Shown piece by piece: positions 41,363 to 51,172 of a stretch of 64,000 nt of DNA. The DNA lies in contig JAUCBJ010001197.1 in NCBI GenBank assembly GCA_032718475.1, positions 1-64,000 of the forward strand, read 5' to 3'. Below the pieces are notes generated by a model. The model did not search any database, was not told the DNA's origin, and saw only the letters and a program-made list of their open reading frames with translations. The first letter of the stretch is position 1; every line of letters begins with the position of its first letter. The DNA comes from Nemertoderma westbladi. Lineage: Eukaryota; Animalia; Xenacoelomorpha. The translations under genes and the position numbers were made by a program.

Positions 41363-42065
41363 ATGCTATCTTCCCGGTAAGAAGATAGCATCAACCAAAA
41401 AAGTGCGCTACAATCCCGCTGGATCCCGATCTAGTATCGGGTGTGGGGTGGAATTCTTTTCTCTCGGAGCCGGCTTTCCAGGCCGCTCCCTATGGGTATG
41501 ATAACGCTACCCTGTGTGCCTGGCATCTCATGTCGGGCCGATCGCGCTCACCTCTCACGCAACTTTTGTTTCCCCAACACTTCCGCCCTATCTCTTCTTC
41601 ACTCTCATCCTAACTCTCTCATACACTCGGACCTCCTCGTCCCTCACTCAGCCTCTTATTCTCCCCCCCCACACTAGAATTGCGTCCGCACTCTCTCTGC
41701 ACTTCGCTCTATTACTCCGTCCCTCAACCCCACTTTGACTACCTCATTCCTCCTGACGAATCTCCCCCCCCCCCTCTTGTGCCGTCGCACTCAAGAAGTG
41801 TGAAATTGTCTGGTGTCTCGTCCATAGTGCCATAGTCAGTTATCCCCCAGTCCCAGTAGCTAATTGAGAAAGGTTGTATGACTATAGTACTTACTCCGAA
41901 CGTATATATTTGTAGATTACTAATTACTACGTACGTACATACAAATTGCACTTATATGATTATTTGCATTAATTAAATTTGTACTTAATAGTTCGTACGT
42001 CCCACGCGGCGCCTTCCAGGCGCACCACGTCCAAGTCTCAGTTTCTCTCCCTCGGCTCTGGGAAC

Positions 42066-44453
42066 CTATCTGTTCCTCTGGGGATAGTTCCCCCTGGCGT
42101 CCTCTTCCCTGGGTCGTTTCTTGGTTACCACCGTTCCTCTAGGATCCGCTTTCTGCTTTCGGACCTTCGCCGCCACCTCCCTGCTGATCCCGGTCGTTGG
42201 CTCCTTGGGCGCTGGTGTTATTAGTGCCCGATATCGCTTCGCCGGTGGCCCCTCAGAGTGGCCCGGTTGTCTCCCTCTGGTGGCGTCCCATAGGATCATC
42301 TTCATTGCTTGTGGTACGTGCTCCGCCAAGAAATCCCTAAATTCCCTTCGGTTCTGTGGCGTCCACCTGTCCAAATATCTTTGCGTGTTCATCACTCCGG
42401 CGTACGACGCCGCCGTTGCTACCTCTTGGTAGGTAAACGGTAGCCTCCGCTTTATGATTTCCATGTGAGTCTCCTGATTGATAAGGAAGAAACCCCACTT
42501 GAACTCCTGGGCCTTCATGCGCTGACGCGTCATGGCCCCGACGTCGGCCCACTCCTCGAATCTTGTGAACTTCTCCTCGTCGTTCATCCAGTCGCACTCG
42601 CGTCCGTAGTGTCCCCGAAAGTGGCACTTTGGACATCGGTTATGCAACTGTGGACACGCCCCCATCCTGTGGCTTGGTTCTCGGCAGTAGAGACAAAAGG
42701 TTCCCTTCTGGAACCGGTACAAGCAGCTCCTTTCCTGGTGGGTCTGTCTCCCACAGTAGTCGCAGCCGAGTACCAATGTCTCCCGTCCCACCTCGTCTTT
42801 CGTCCCAAGCGATCTCCGCGGTCTGTGGAGTCGCTGGTAGGCGAACTTCTCCACATTGGTGTCTCTATCTACGTCGATCTCTCCGCCCCTCTCGGGCATC
42901 GTCTCCCCGAATACTATCCGTGGTGCCGTCCCCGGTTGCTCGCCCAACCTGATAGTGCTCCCCGCGAAATCCATCGCCGGCTCCTCGTGCACCCAGGTCC
43001 GCTTGCCGGATCTGTTCCAGAAGGCCCTCGCCCCACTGGCCGTCACCACCCTTCCGCCAACCCAGTCCGTGTCCGAGTGGCCTATCCTCTCGATGGGCGG
43101 CATCTCTCCGAACTCATCGTCGTCGTCCTCCTCCTCTGGCAGTGACTCCAACCCCGGTATCCCGATGGATCCACTATGTCCCTTCCCGCCTTGGCTCTCG
43201 CCCGTAGCTCTCCATCCCTCTAACTCCCTTAACTTCCTTGGCGGTTGGTCGCCTTCGGCGCCCGCTGGTATGGGCATCGTTTGCAACCCCGACGTCGACT
43301 GTTTCGGTGATCCCACCGTCCATCCCAGTTCTCGCCCTAGAGACTCCCCCGAACTCCCTGATGAAGTCCAATGAAGTTCGTCTAGGCCTGCCTGTTCCTC
43401 GAAGCCGTAACTCTGTGTCCTGGCCTCCTCTTCCCTCTCCTCTGCTTCTATCCTCTCCCATCTGGCGACTTCTTCCAGTCGCTTTGCTTCTCGTCTATCC
43501 GTTTCTAGCTGCTCCCATCTCTGATACGGCGTATCTGTCTCCCCGTCTACCAGATGCCGGCTGTTGTAGTACACCGACTCGCCCTTCAGCCCCGGGTGGT
43601 CTACCAGACCGTCGAAGGCCACTTTAAAGGCTCTCCTGTGGCTTAGGGGTGATCCCGATAACAGAAATGCCCCTGGTTCCCTCTCGATAACCACGGTCAT
43701 GAATAAGTTAAGCAAACTTATCATCATCCAGTCCTCCTGCAGGATATATCGCTTCTGATATACCTTTATCGCTCCCCTGCGGAATTGATATACCTCCTGC
43801 TTTCCCGGTCTCGCTCCCCACTTTAGCGAGTTCGCTAGTTCTGCTCCGTATTCTTCCCTGAACTTCCCCCAGTCCATCGGTTTGTGGCATACGAGCCCCA
43901 ATAATTGGCCCATTGCCACCGCCCCGCATTGGCCTGTGTTTTCGACTACCCCCAACCCATCCGGTGCCGTCATAGCCATAAAGACCTTCTGCATATCCAG
44001 GAGGTTGGTGGCGTCCGGACCGATGATTCTCTCCGCATCCTCGCGAATCGCCGATCCCACTTTCGTCGTTGACTTCTCTCTTACCAAGACTTGTACCGCT
44101 TTCGGTAACCGGTTTAATTTTGGCCCGTCCTTCTTCCCATATGTTCCTAGATCGAATAAGAAGATGTCCCCATTTGGCGCGGCCAAATGTAGGAGTATGG
44201 TCCTGGCCGACCCCGCCGTTCCTCGTCTCGAACCCGCCTCGTCTTCCACGGTTCCCTCGTTGTCTAGGATCATATATCCTCCTCTGTTGACGGACTCTAT
44301 GAATCTCTTCCAGTCCTTCCTCGGTGATTCCCTCGGGTACTTCGGAATCCCGAACTTCGCCTCGTCCCCTTTCACCACGTAGTGGAAGTGTTGGAAGATC
44401 GCGTTGTCCAGCGACGGCGTCCCGTAGGTCCCGACCAGCCGCTGTTCGTGCAT
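42066..44453 (-). CDS. Accessory ORF of the BEL/Pao element: DnaQ-like (WRN/EXD/RNase D family) 3'-5' exonuclease domain, acidic linker and three CCHC zinc knuckles
   Basis: ExoI-like MILDNEG, LLHLAAPNGDIFLFDL, and LPKAVQVLVREKSTTKVGSAIREDA (ExoII-like KVG..I..D). Knuckles: CDYCGRQTHQERSC, CLYCREPSHRMGAC, CPKCHFRGHYGREC. The frame extends 52 codons upstream to an ATG at 44612 across one TAG. Confidence 0.7.
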   Translation of the reverse strand: MHEQRLVGTYGTPSLDNAIFQHFHYVVKGDEAKFGIPKYPRESPRKDWKRFIESVNRGGYMILDNEGTVEDEAGSRRGTAGSARTILLHLAAPNGDIFLFDLGTYGKKDGPKLNRLPKAVQVLVREKSTTKVGSAIREDAERIIGPDATNLLDMQKVFMAMTAPDGLGVVENTGQCGAVAMGQLLGLVCHKPMDWGKFREEYGAELANSLKWGARPGKQEVYQFRRGAIKVYQKRYILQEDWMMISLLNLFMTVVIEREPGAFLLSGSPLSHRRAFKVAFDGLVDHPGLKGESVYYNSRHLVDGETDTPYQRWEQLETDRREAKRLEEVARWERIEAEEREEEARTQSYGFEEQAGLDELHWTSSGSSGESLGRELGWTVGSPKQSTSGLQTMPIPAGAEGDQPPRKLRELEGWRATGESQGGKGHSGSIGIPGLESLPEEEDDDDEFGEMPPIERIGHSDTDWVGGRVVTASGARAFWNRSGKRTWVHEEPAMDFAGSTIRLGEQPGTAPRIVFGETMPERGGEIDVDRDTNVEKFAYQRLHRPRRSLGTKDEVGRETLVLGCDYCGRQTHQERSCLYRFQKGTFCLYCREPSHRMGACPQLHNRCPKCHFRGHYGRECDWMNDEEKFTRFEEWADVGAMTRQRMKAQEFKWGFFLINQETHMEIIKRRLPFTYQEVATAASYAGVMNTQRYLDRWTPQNRREFRDFLAEHVPQAMKMILWDATRGRQPGHSEGPPAKRYRALITPAPKEPTTGISREVAAKVRKQKADPRGTVVTKKRPREEDARGNYPQRNR

Positions 44454-45097
44454 CTACCGGAAGTGATCCTGCAGCGCTCGTGCCGCGTGACCCCTTTCCA
44501 ACCTCTCGTAGTATCCTCTCGTCTTCTCTTCCGGATGCCTCTCGGTGAAATCCACCAGTATCTCCTTTCCTCCTGACTCCGCCTTTCTCTTCCTGATCAA
44601 CTTGCTCGCCATTCCGAACACTCACTCGCTCACCTGCAAGGTGGTGCCTTACCAAGGCGCAATACAGATGAGTGATGTATCTAGGATGTTCTGTACGGTT
44701 CGATAATGGCCTATTTCTTACTTAACTGCGCCTTTTAACCTAAATTATTACTAATTAATTTTGAAGCTAGTAAATGAGCGTAATTTACGATTTCTGTCCG
44801 TTACTTTTATTATGTTCTAGAATAACTTTCCTTGTGTTGCCATTATTTGTAACTTTCAGCCCTATTCTATTTATTCATCTATTTTAATTCTACTGTCCTA
44901 CTACTTACTATTACCTATGGATTATTCTATTCTCTAATCCACATTCTGGCCTACTCTGTGGGCCTATGCAGTACAGCAGTATGCGTCGTGTGGCCACACG
45001 ATTTACCCAGCTGTACTCATATGCCCCCCTCTCGCTACTAACTGCTAACTAATATCTATATCTTATATACCCCTTTTACCTCTTACTCTCTCTCTTC

Positions 45098-45630
45098 TAA
45101 CTAACGGTACTACGTACCCTCTAACTCTAATTCTAACTAACTAACGGTACTACGTACCCTCTAACTCTCCTCTAACTAACGGTACTACGTACCCTCTAAC
45201 TCTTCTCTAACTAACGGTACTACATACCCCCTAACTCTCTAACTAACTAGCGGTACTACGTACCCTCTAACTCTAACTAACTAGCGGTACTTACGTACCC
45301 TCTAACTCTCTAACTAACTAATGGTACTTACGTACCCTCTAACTCTCTAACTAACTAGCGGTACTACGTACCCTCTAACTCTAACTAACTAGCGGTACTT
45401 ACGTACCCTCTAACTCTAACTAACTAGCGGTACTTACGTACCCTCTAACTCTCTAACTAACTAGCGGTACTACGTACCCTCTAACTCTAACTAACTAGCG
45501 GTACTTACGTACCCTCTAACTCTAACTAACTAGCGGTACTTACGTACCCTCTAACTCTAACTAACTAGCGGTACTTACGTACCCTCTAACTCTCTAACTA
45601 ACTAGCGGTACTTACGTACCTCTTAACTAA
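45098..45630. repeat. ~31-36-bp minisatellite inside the LTR element, between pol and the accessory ORF (~15 copies)
   Basis: Unit ctaactaactagcggtacttacgtaccctctaact with length variants. Confidence 0.92.
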
Positions 45631-45772
45631 CTTCTGCCTACTAACTGCGTACCTACTATGTGCTTATTTATTTTATTTTATTTTCTATTTTTTTGTGTGG
45701 GAAGGGCGTCTCGCCCTCAATCCCACCCCCCTCAGTCCAAATCTTGTACGACTAAACTCTTCTCTAATTCCG

Positions 45773-48700
45773 CTAAGGTGCTCCTTCTAGCAGACAGCAT
45801 TTCCCTACAGCTCTCCTGTAGGTTTTTCTGTCCTTCGCACCTATCTTACCACCTATCCGCACTTCTACCGATCGGACTCTTCCGTCCTCGTCGGAGTAAG
45901 TGCCTACAATTCTCGCCAACCGCCATTGGTTGTTGATGATAGTATCATCCGTAACGATTACGAGATCTCCCTCTCTTAACTCCCTATTTGGCTTCCTCCA
46001 CTTACTCCTTTTATGGAGTGTGGGTAGGTATTCCTCGACCCACCTCCTCCAATACTCTGCGCTTATTGCTTTAGCGACTTTCCAACTTTGGCGGGAGTGT
46101 ATGTCATCTGGGTCTACACCCTGCATATCGATGGTCGCTGGCCTTTCCATCAGGAAATGGCTAGGCGTCAGCACGTCTAATGACTCAGGGTCATCATTCT
46201 CCGGATATAGCGGTCTGCTATTGATGATCCCCTCGCACTTCGCAAGTACTGTCCGTAAGACGTCCTCAGTGACCATGTGGGTGTTCATTAGCTTCGTCAT
46301 TAGACGCTTTGAACTGCCCACCAGTCTCTCGACGCATCCTAGTGTATGTGGTGCATACGGCGTCCTTCTCTCCCACTTTACTTGTCGTCGTCTCATGGCT
46401 GCCCTGACTTCTTCTCCCTCCAAGATGTCCAAGGCCTCTGCCATCTCACTCTCTGCGCCCACAAAGTTGGTGCCATTGTCGCTGTATATCACTGCGATCG
46501 TCCCACCTTTGCGGTCTCTAAACCTTTCTAAGGCATTAATGAATGCTGATGCGGTTGCATCTTGGGCGAGTTCTATCCCTACCGCCCGTGTGTTGTTGCA
46601 TACGAAGATAATGCCGTAGCGTTTCTCCGTGTGTCGCATCACTTTGATCTTTATCGGCCCGAACATGTCCACACCGCAATGCGTAAATGGCGGGTCGTGT
46701 TGTCTTACCCTACTCGCCGGTAGTGGCGCCATCTCCTGTATGGCTCGCTCCTTCTTCGCTCGTCGGCAGGTCTGGCACTGCCCCACTACCGCTTTTACCT
46801 TCTTCCTCAGCTGTTTGACCCAATAGGTCCTCCTTATCTCTGTGAGGGTTCGGTTGGTGCCCCCATGTAATATCGATTTGTGGGAGTCCCAGATAATCTG
46901 GTGGACTATTGGCGATCCTGTGGGAATGATGATGGGTTTCGGTGGTACGACTATGCTGTTGTTGTATCCCACCCTAGAATTCATTACTAGAATCCCGTCG
47001 TCATTGAGTTGTGGCGACAGCGTAATCAGCTCGCTGTCCCGTCGGAGGTGCTGTTGGTTACCGACGCGTTCCACCTCGTCGCCATAGTTCTTCCGTTGTT
47101 CATAGCGGATCACTGCCTTGGCCGCTCCTTCCAGATCTATGGTTGTCCTGATCTTCTTGTCCTTGCCAACTCCCGCAAGGAAATTCCCGAAGGCTCTCCA
47201 GTACGCCACTAGTTTCTTGGTCTTATACCAACTAGAACTGTAGCTGAGGAGTTTATCCGTCGGGTTATCGCACAGTTCTCGTCCTGGTTGCACATCCCTA
47301 ATCTCCCTCACCATCTGGGAGTATATCTCTTCTCCCTCTGAATCTCCCTCTTCTCCCTCTGACACTACTTCTGAGCCCGGATCCACCTTTCTCATCGGCG
47401 GCCAGGCCTCCTCGTCGCTCAGAAATTGTGGCCCATGTTGCCACAATACTTCCTTCTTCAAGAAAGTGTGGCGTACCACGCCCCTCGACAACAAGTCCGC
47501 TGGGTTCTCGTCCGTTGGGCAGTAGTGCCACCTTTCCAGTTCTGTGCTCGCCCTTATTTCATCCACTCTATTCGCGACGAATATCGGGTATCTCGTCCTT
47601 TCATTGTGTAGCCAACCAAGCACTACGATGGAGTCCGTCCAGTAGTGTGTCTCTACTATGTTGGGAATAGTATCCACTAGGTAGGCTGTGGCTCTAACTC
47701 CTAGTCTCGCAGCTGTCAATTCTAACTTGGGAACTGATGCTGAATCTGGCGGCGTTGACTTTGCTTTGCTAAAGGCTAATCTGGGCTTATGAGCCCCCTC
47801 TCGTTGTACTAAGTAGAGTGCCGCTCCGTACGCTTCCAACGACGCGTCGGAGAACATGTGTAGGTCCAGATTCGTCATGTTCCCATCCGGGAAATACACT
47901 CGTGGCATGTTGTATGTTCCCATCTCCTCCAAGTCTCCTGTCCACTTGCTCCACTGTTTCTTGATTTTCTCTGGTACCTCTACGTCCCACTCATCCTTCA
48001 GTTTGTATACTCTCTTGAGTATCTGTTTCCCCGTGACTAATAATGGGGATGCTAGGCCTAGGGGATCGTATATCCTTGCTATATACGATACATAGCCCCT
48101 CTTCGTGTGGATGTCTGCGCCCTCCTGGCTCAGCTGATACTTTAGTTCGTCTGTCTCTCTATCCCACACGATTCCCAATGCCTTCTGTTGAGATTCTGTT
48201 CTCTTAATCGCCATGTCCTGCCCTTTGACTGTTGTGGGATTATCCATGGTCGATTCTGGCCTCTTGTCCTCTATCGCCTTGATAAATTCTTCCGAACTGG
48301 ATTGGAATTTGGTCAGGTTAAAGCCGGATCCTTTTAGGATGTCGCGAACCTCGCGCCCTGTGTCCAGTATCTCCTTAACCGTATTTCCAGACTCCATTCC
48401 GTCGTCTACGTAGAAGCCGCGTCGAATCATATCGACGGCCCTACTGCTGTATCTATCTTCCTTCCCCTTCACTGTGTCTCTCACTGCCATAGTTGTCGTA
48501 AATGAAGACGACTTGGCCCCCATGTTTTGTACTACCATCTTATATGCCGGTATTATCGACGGTTCTTCCTCGCCGTTATACCATAAGAAGCGTTGACTGT
48601 CGCTATCTTCTTCCGTTACACGGACTTGGTTGAACATGCCTTCTATGTCACACGTGAAGGCGTGTTTCCCATTTCTAAATCTAAGTAACACCTCTATGCC

Positions 48701-51172
48701 CGAATTGTATATGTTTGGGCCTTCTAACAGGTAGTCGTTTAAGCATTTTCCGTCGGTCTTTGCCGATGCGTCGACTACCATCCGTAGTTTACCTTTCTTT
48801 GGATCTAAAGCCACGTGTAGTGGCAGGTAATATGTCCTATCCGTGTTCGGCTCGTCGACCAGTAACTCCACGGCCCATCCTTTCTCGACGTACTTCTTAA
48901 TCGTTCTGTGGATGTACTCATTCTTCTCTGGGCTCCGTTTTAGTGTTTGTTTCAGCTTGCGGAGTCTCGTGAGTACCATCCCCCTATTGTCGGGCAGCGG
49001 TATCTTCGGTAGTTTCCATACCATTCCTATAGTATACCGCCCCTCATTGCATGTCATCGATTCCTCCACGCTTTGTAAAGCCTGCTTGTCTTCTACTGAG
49101 GTCCCGACCCCGGTTTCTTTCAGTCCCTCGAAATCCTGTCTGAGCAGTCTTTTAAGCTGCTCCTCTGCTCCCTCGTCACCCATTTCCTGCATTGTTCCCG
49201 TGAACATGCATCCTGATGTCTCCAACATCCTAAATGGTATCTTGCTCTTAATTGGACCACTCAGCGTCCACCCGAATGGTGTTAATATGGCCACCGGGTC
49301 ACTCTGCTTGTCTTCGCCGAAGACCGTTTGCATTCTTTCGTGGGCCGTTGGGCAGTCCATACCTACTATGATGGACACCTTCCTAACGTCCACGTCTGGG
49401 ATTAAGAAGTCAATGTCGTCCAGGAATTTATACTGCTCGACCTCGATGTTGGTTGGCCGCCTGGCATTGATATTAATTGACTCTATCACTTGGATGGGGT
49501 CGATGGTTGCCCCATAGTCGCATCCTGGTGCCACTGCTGCAATTGCGCACCGCCCTTTTCTCATCTCCAGGATCTCATCTTTGCTAGAGATGGTTGTTAC
49601 CGCCATTCTGCTTGGCCTCGTTCTCAATCCTATCTCTTCGGCCACCCATTCCTCAACTAGTGTGAAGGCAGCTCCACTATCAACCAGCATTAGTGTTGTT
49701 ACTGATCGGTTGCCTTCCCCAATCACTCGCACGGGTACTACTCCAAGTAACACCGTTCCTCTCTTCTTCGCCCCTACCGTGCTCGTCGCCATCGTTTGGC
49801 CTCTCCTTTGACCAAACTTGACCGGCTTCTCCTTGCATTCCCTTGCTCTATGTCCACTCATTACACATCGCGAGCAGATTTTGTTGCTGAACGCATAATC
49901 TATCTGATCTTGCCTAGGTAGCGCCTGCCAGTACCTGCAGTTCATGGTTTGATGAAGCGCATTTGCGTGTAGCTGGCATTTGCTCTTTGGGTCGTAGCCC
50001 TCTTTATACAGCGCATTGCGTATCGCAGTTGCGTTCGTACCAAAGTCCCTACTATTCTTATTGTTTGGATTCGGCCTAGTGGACATACTGGGGTTATGTT
50101 TATTCATGTTGTTATTGTTTCCCTGTCCGTTCCATGGTGTTGTCTTATCCTCGGCTAGCTGTTGACTTGCAGTCCCCTGCGTCGCTGCGTATGGCAATGA
50201 TTGCCTGAGTCTCGGTAATGCGTTTGATGTATTGTGCTCTGGTTTCGGTCTATGGTAGTCTGTCTTCGGTCCCTTTCCCAGGCTATCTTCACTATAGACT
50301 GGGTCAGTTATTAGTTCAGCCTCGTAGTTTAAGAAGTTTGACATTTCTTCTAAACCCGGTTCCGCACCCTTCTTATCTCGAGTGGAGAAGGCGATTTTCC
50401 TCCACTTGTTGCGCAGCCAGTTTGGTAGTGCCTGCGCCATCGTGGTGATGTTGTTGGACGCGTTGAGCTCGTATGGCGCGTCTAGCGTCTTCAGCACGAT
50501 CAGCGCCTTTTCTACTTTGTTAGCGAACGTTTTAATGCTAACGGGATTATCCTGTAGGCCACCCGATGTTATGCCTCTCAGCGTTTGCCTGATGATCTTG
50601 GCCAGGTGCCCGTATTCCCTATCCAGTGCCCGCCATGCTGTTGTGAAGCCGCCCTCTATTCCTTGATATTGCCTCACGATATCGTATGCTGGGCCTCCCG
50701 TGTATACTTGCAGATACTTTAGGCACTCCGCCTGCATCAAGTTTTTTGTTAGTATTTCGTTACTATACATGCGCCGAAACTGTAGATATTCTTCCGGCCT
50801 GCTCCCATCGAATTTGAATGGTTCCACGGGTGGTAGCTCGATCCTCGTTTTCAACGCATCGATCAACGTGGCCATCCCCATCGCCTGTGCTTCCAATGGG
50901 TTCGACGGATGTTGTGTAGTTTCTCCTGTCTGGCACGGTTCGTCCGTCCTATTTCTTGACTTTCTCTGACTTGGGTATGTCATCGGGGGTAGCGGCCCCC
51001 TCCATATATCTGTATCACACGACCTGTTCTCATCCAAGGGTCTCGTTGTTCTTGCTCCTATCGGGGTATATTGTTGATATTGTGATGGGGGAATGTCACC
51101 CTGTCCCCCCCCCCCCCCCCCGCCGGTATGTTTGGTACTGGGGTTGATGTTAATATGTTGGGGCCCATACAC
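45773..51172 (-). CDS. BEL/Pao Gag-Pol polyprotein (Gag, zinc knuckles, aspartic protease, RT, RNase H, integrase)
   Basis: Gag PFKFDG..EY; knuckle CSRCVMSGHRAREC; protease LVDSGA; RT CDIEGMFNQV and YVDD; RNase H FSDAS, ELTAA and WTDS; integrase H..H..CQTC, VDMFGP, SDNG and ERLV; C-terminal WVEEYLPTL/GDLV/WRLARI. The true start is probably further upstream. Confidence 0.95.
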   Translation of the reverse strand: MYGPQHININPSTKHTGGGGGGGQGDIPPSQYQQYTPIGARTTRPLDENRSCDTDIWRGPLPPMTYPSQRKSRNRTDEPCQTGETTQHPSNPLEAQAMGMATLIDALKTRIELPPVEPFKFDGSRPEEYLQFRRMYSNEILTKNLMQAECLKYLQVYTGGPAYDIVRQYQGIEGGFTTAWRALDREYGHLAKIIRQTLRGITSGGLQDNPVSIKTFANKVEKALIVLKTLDAPYELNASNNITTMAQALPNWLRNKWRKIAFSTRDKKGAEPGLEEMSNFLNYEAELITDPVYSEDSLGKGPKTDYHRPKPEHNTSNALPRLRQSLPYAATQGTASQQLAEDKTTPWNGQGNNNNMNKHNPSMSTRPNPNNKNSRDFGTNATAIRNALYKEGYDPKSKCQLHANALHQTMNCRYWQALPRQDQIDYAFSNKICSRCVMSGHRARECKEKPVKFGQRRGQTMATSTVGAKKRGTVLLGVVPVRVIGEGNRSVTTLMLVDSGAAFTLVEEWVAEEIGLRTRPSRMAVTTISSKDEILEMRKGRCAIAAVAPGCDYGATIDPIQVIESININARRPTNIEVEQYKFLDDIDFLIPDVDVRKVSIIVGMDCPTAHERMQTVFGEDKQSDPVAILTPFGWTLSGPIKSKIPFRMLETSGCMFTGTMQEMGDEGAEEQLKRLLRQDFEGLKETGVGTSVEDKQALQSVEESMTCNEGRYTIGMVWKLPKIPLPDNRGMVLTRLRKLKQTLKRSPEKNEYIHRTIKKYVEKGWAVELLVDEPNTDRTYYLPLHVALDPKKGKLRMVVDASAKTDGKCLNDYLLEGPNIYNSGIEVLLRFRNGKHAFTCDIEGMFNQVRVTEEDSDSQRFLWYNGEEEPSIIPAYKMVVQNMGAKSSSFTTTMAVRDTVKGKEDRYSSRAVDMIRRGFYVDDGMESGNTVKEILDTGREVRDILKGSGFNLTKFQSSSEEFIKAIEDKRPESTMDNPTTVKGQDMAIKRTESQQKALGIVWDRETDELKYQLSQEGADIHTKRGYVSYIARIYDPLGLASPLLVTGKQILKRVYKLKDEWDVEVPEKIKKQWSKWTGDLEEMGTYNMPRVYFPDGNMTNLDLHMFSDASLEAYGAALYLVQREGAHKPRLAFSKAKSTPPDSASVPKLELTAARLGVRATAYLVDTIPNIVETHYWTDSIVVLGWLHNERTRYPIFVANRVDEIRASTELERWHYCPTDENPADLLSRGVVRHTFLKKEVLWQHGPQFLSDEEAWPPMRKVDPGSEVVSEGEEGDSEGEEIYSQMVREIRDVQPGRELCDNPTDKLLSYSSSWYKTKKLVAYWRAFGNFLAGVGKDKKIRTTIDLEGAAKAVIRYEQRKNYGDEVERVGNQQHLRRDSELITLSPQLNDDGILVMNSRVGYNNSIVVPPKPIIIPTGSPIVHQIIWDSHKSILHGGTNRTLTEIRRTYWVKQLRKKVKAVVGQCQTCRRAKKERAIQEMAPLPASRVRQHDPPFTHCGVDMFGPIKIKVMRHTEKRYGIIFVCNNTRAVGIELAQDATASAFINALERFRDRKGGTIAVIYSDNGTNFVGAESEMAEALDILEGEEVRAAMRRRQVKWERRTPYAPHTLGCVERLVGSSKRLMTKLMNTHMVTEDVLRTVLAKCEGIINSRPLYPENDDPESLDVLTPSHFLMERPATIDMQGVDPDDIHSRQSWKVAKAISAEYWRRWVEEYLPTLHKRSKWRKPNRELREGDLVIVTDDTIINNQWRLARIVGTYSDEDGRVRSVEVRIGGKIGAKDRKTYRRAVGKCCLLEGAP

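Noticed and set aside
42066-44453. Accessory ORF as an envelope gene
   Set aside because: No obvious signal peptide or transmembrane helix; exonuclease-like and CCHC motifs are present instead.
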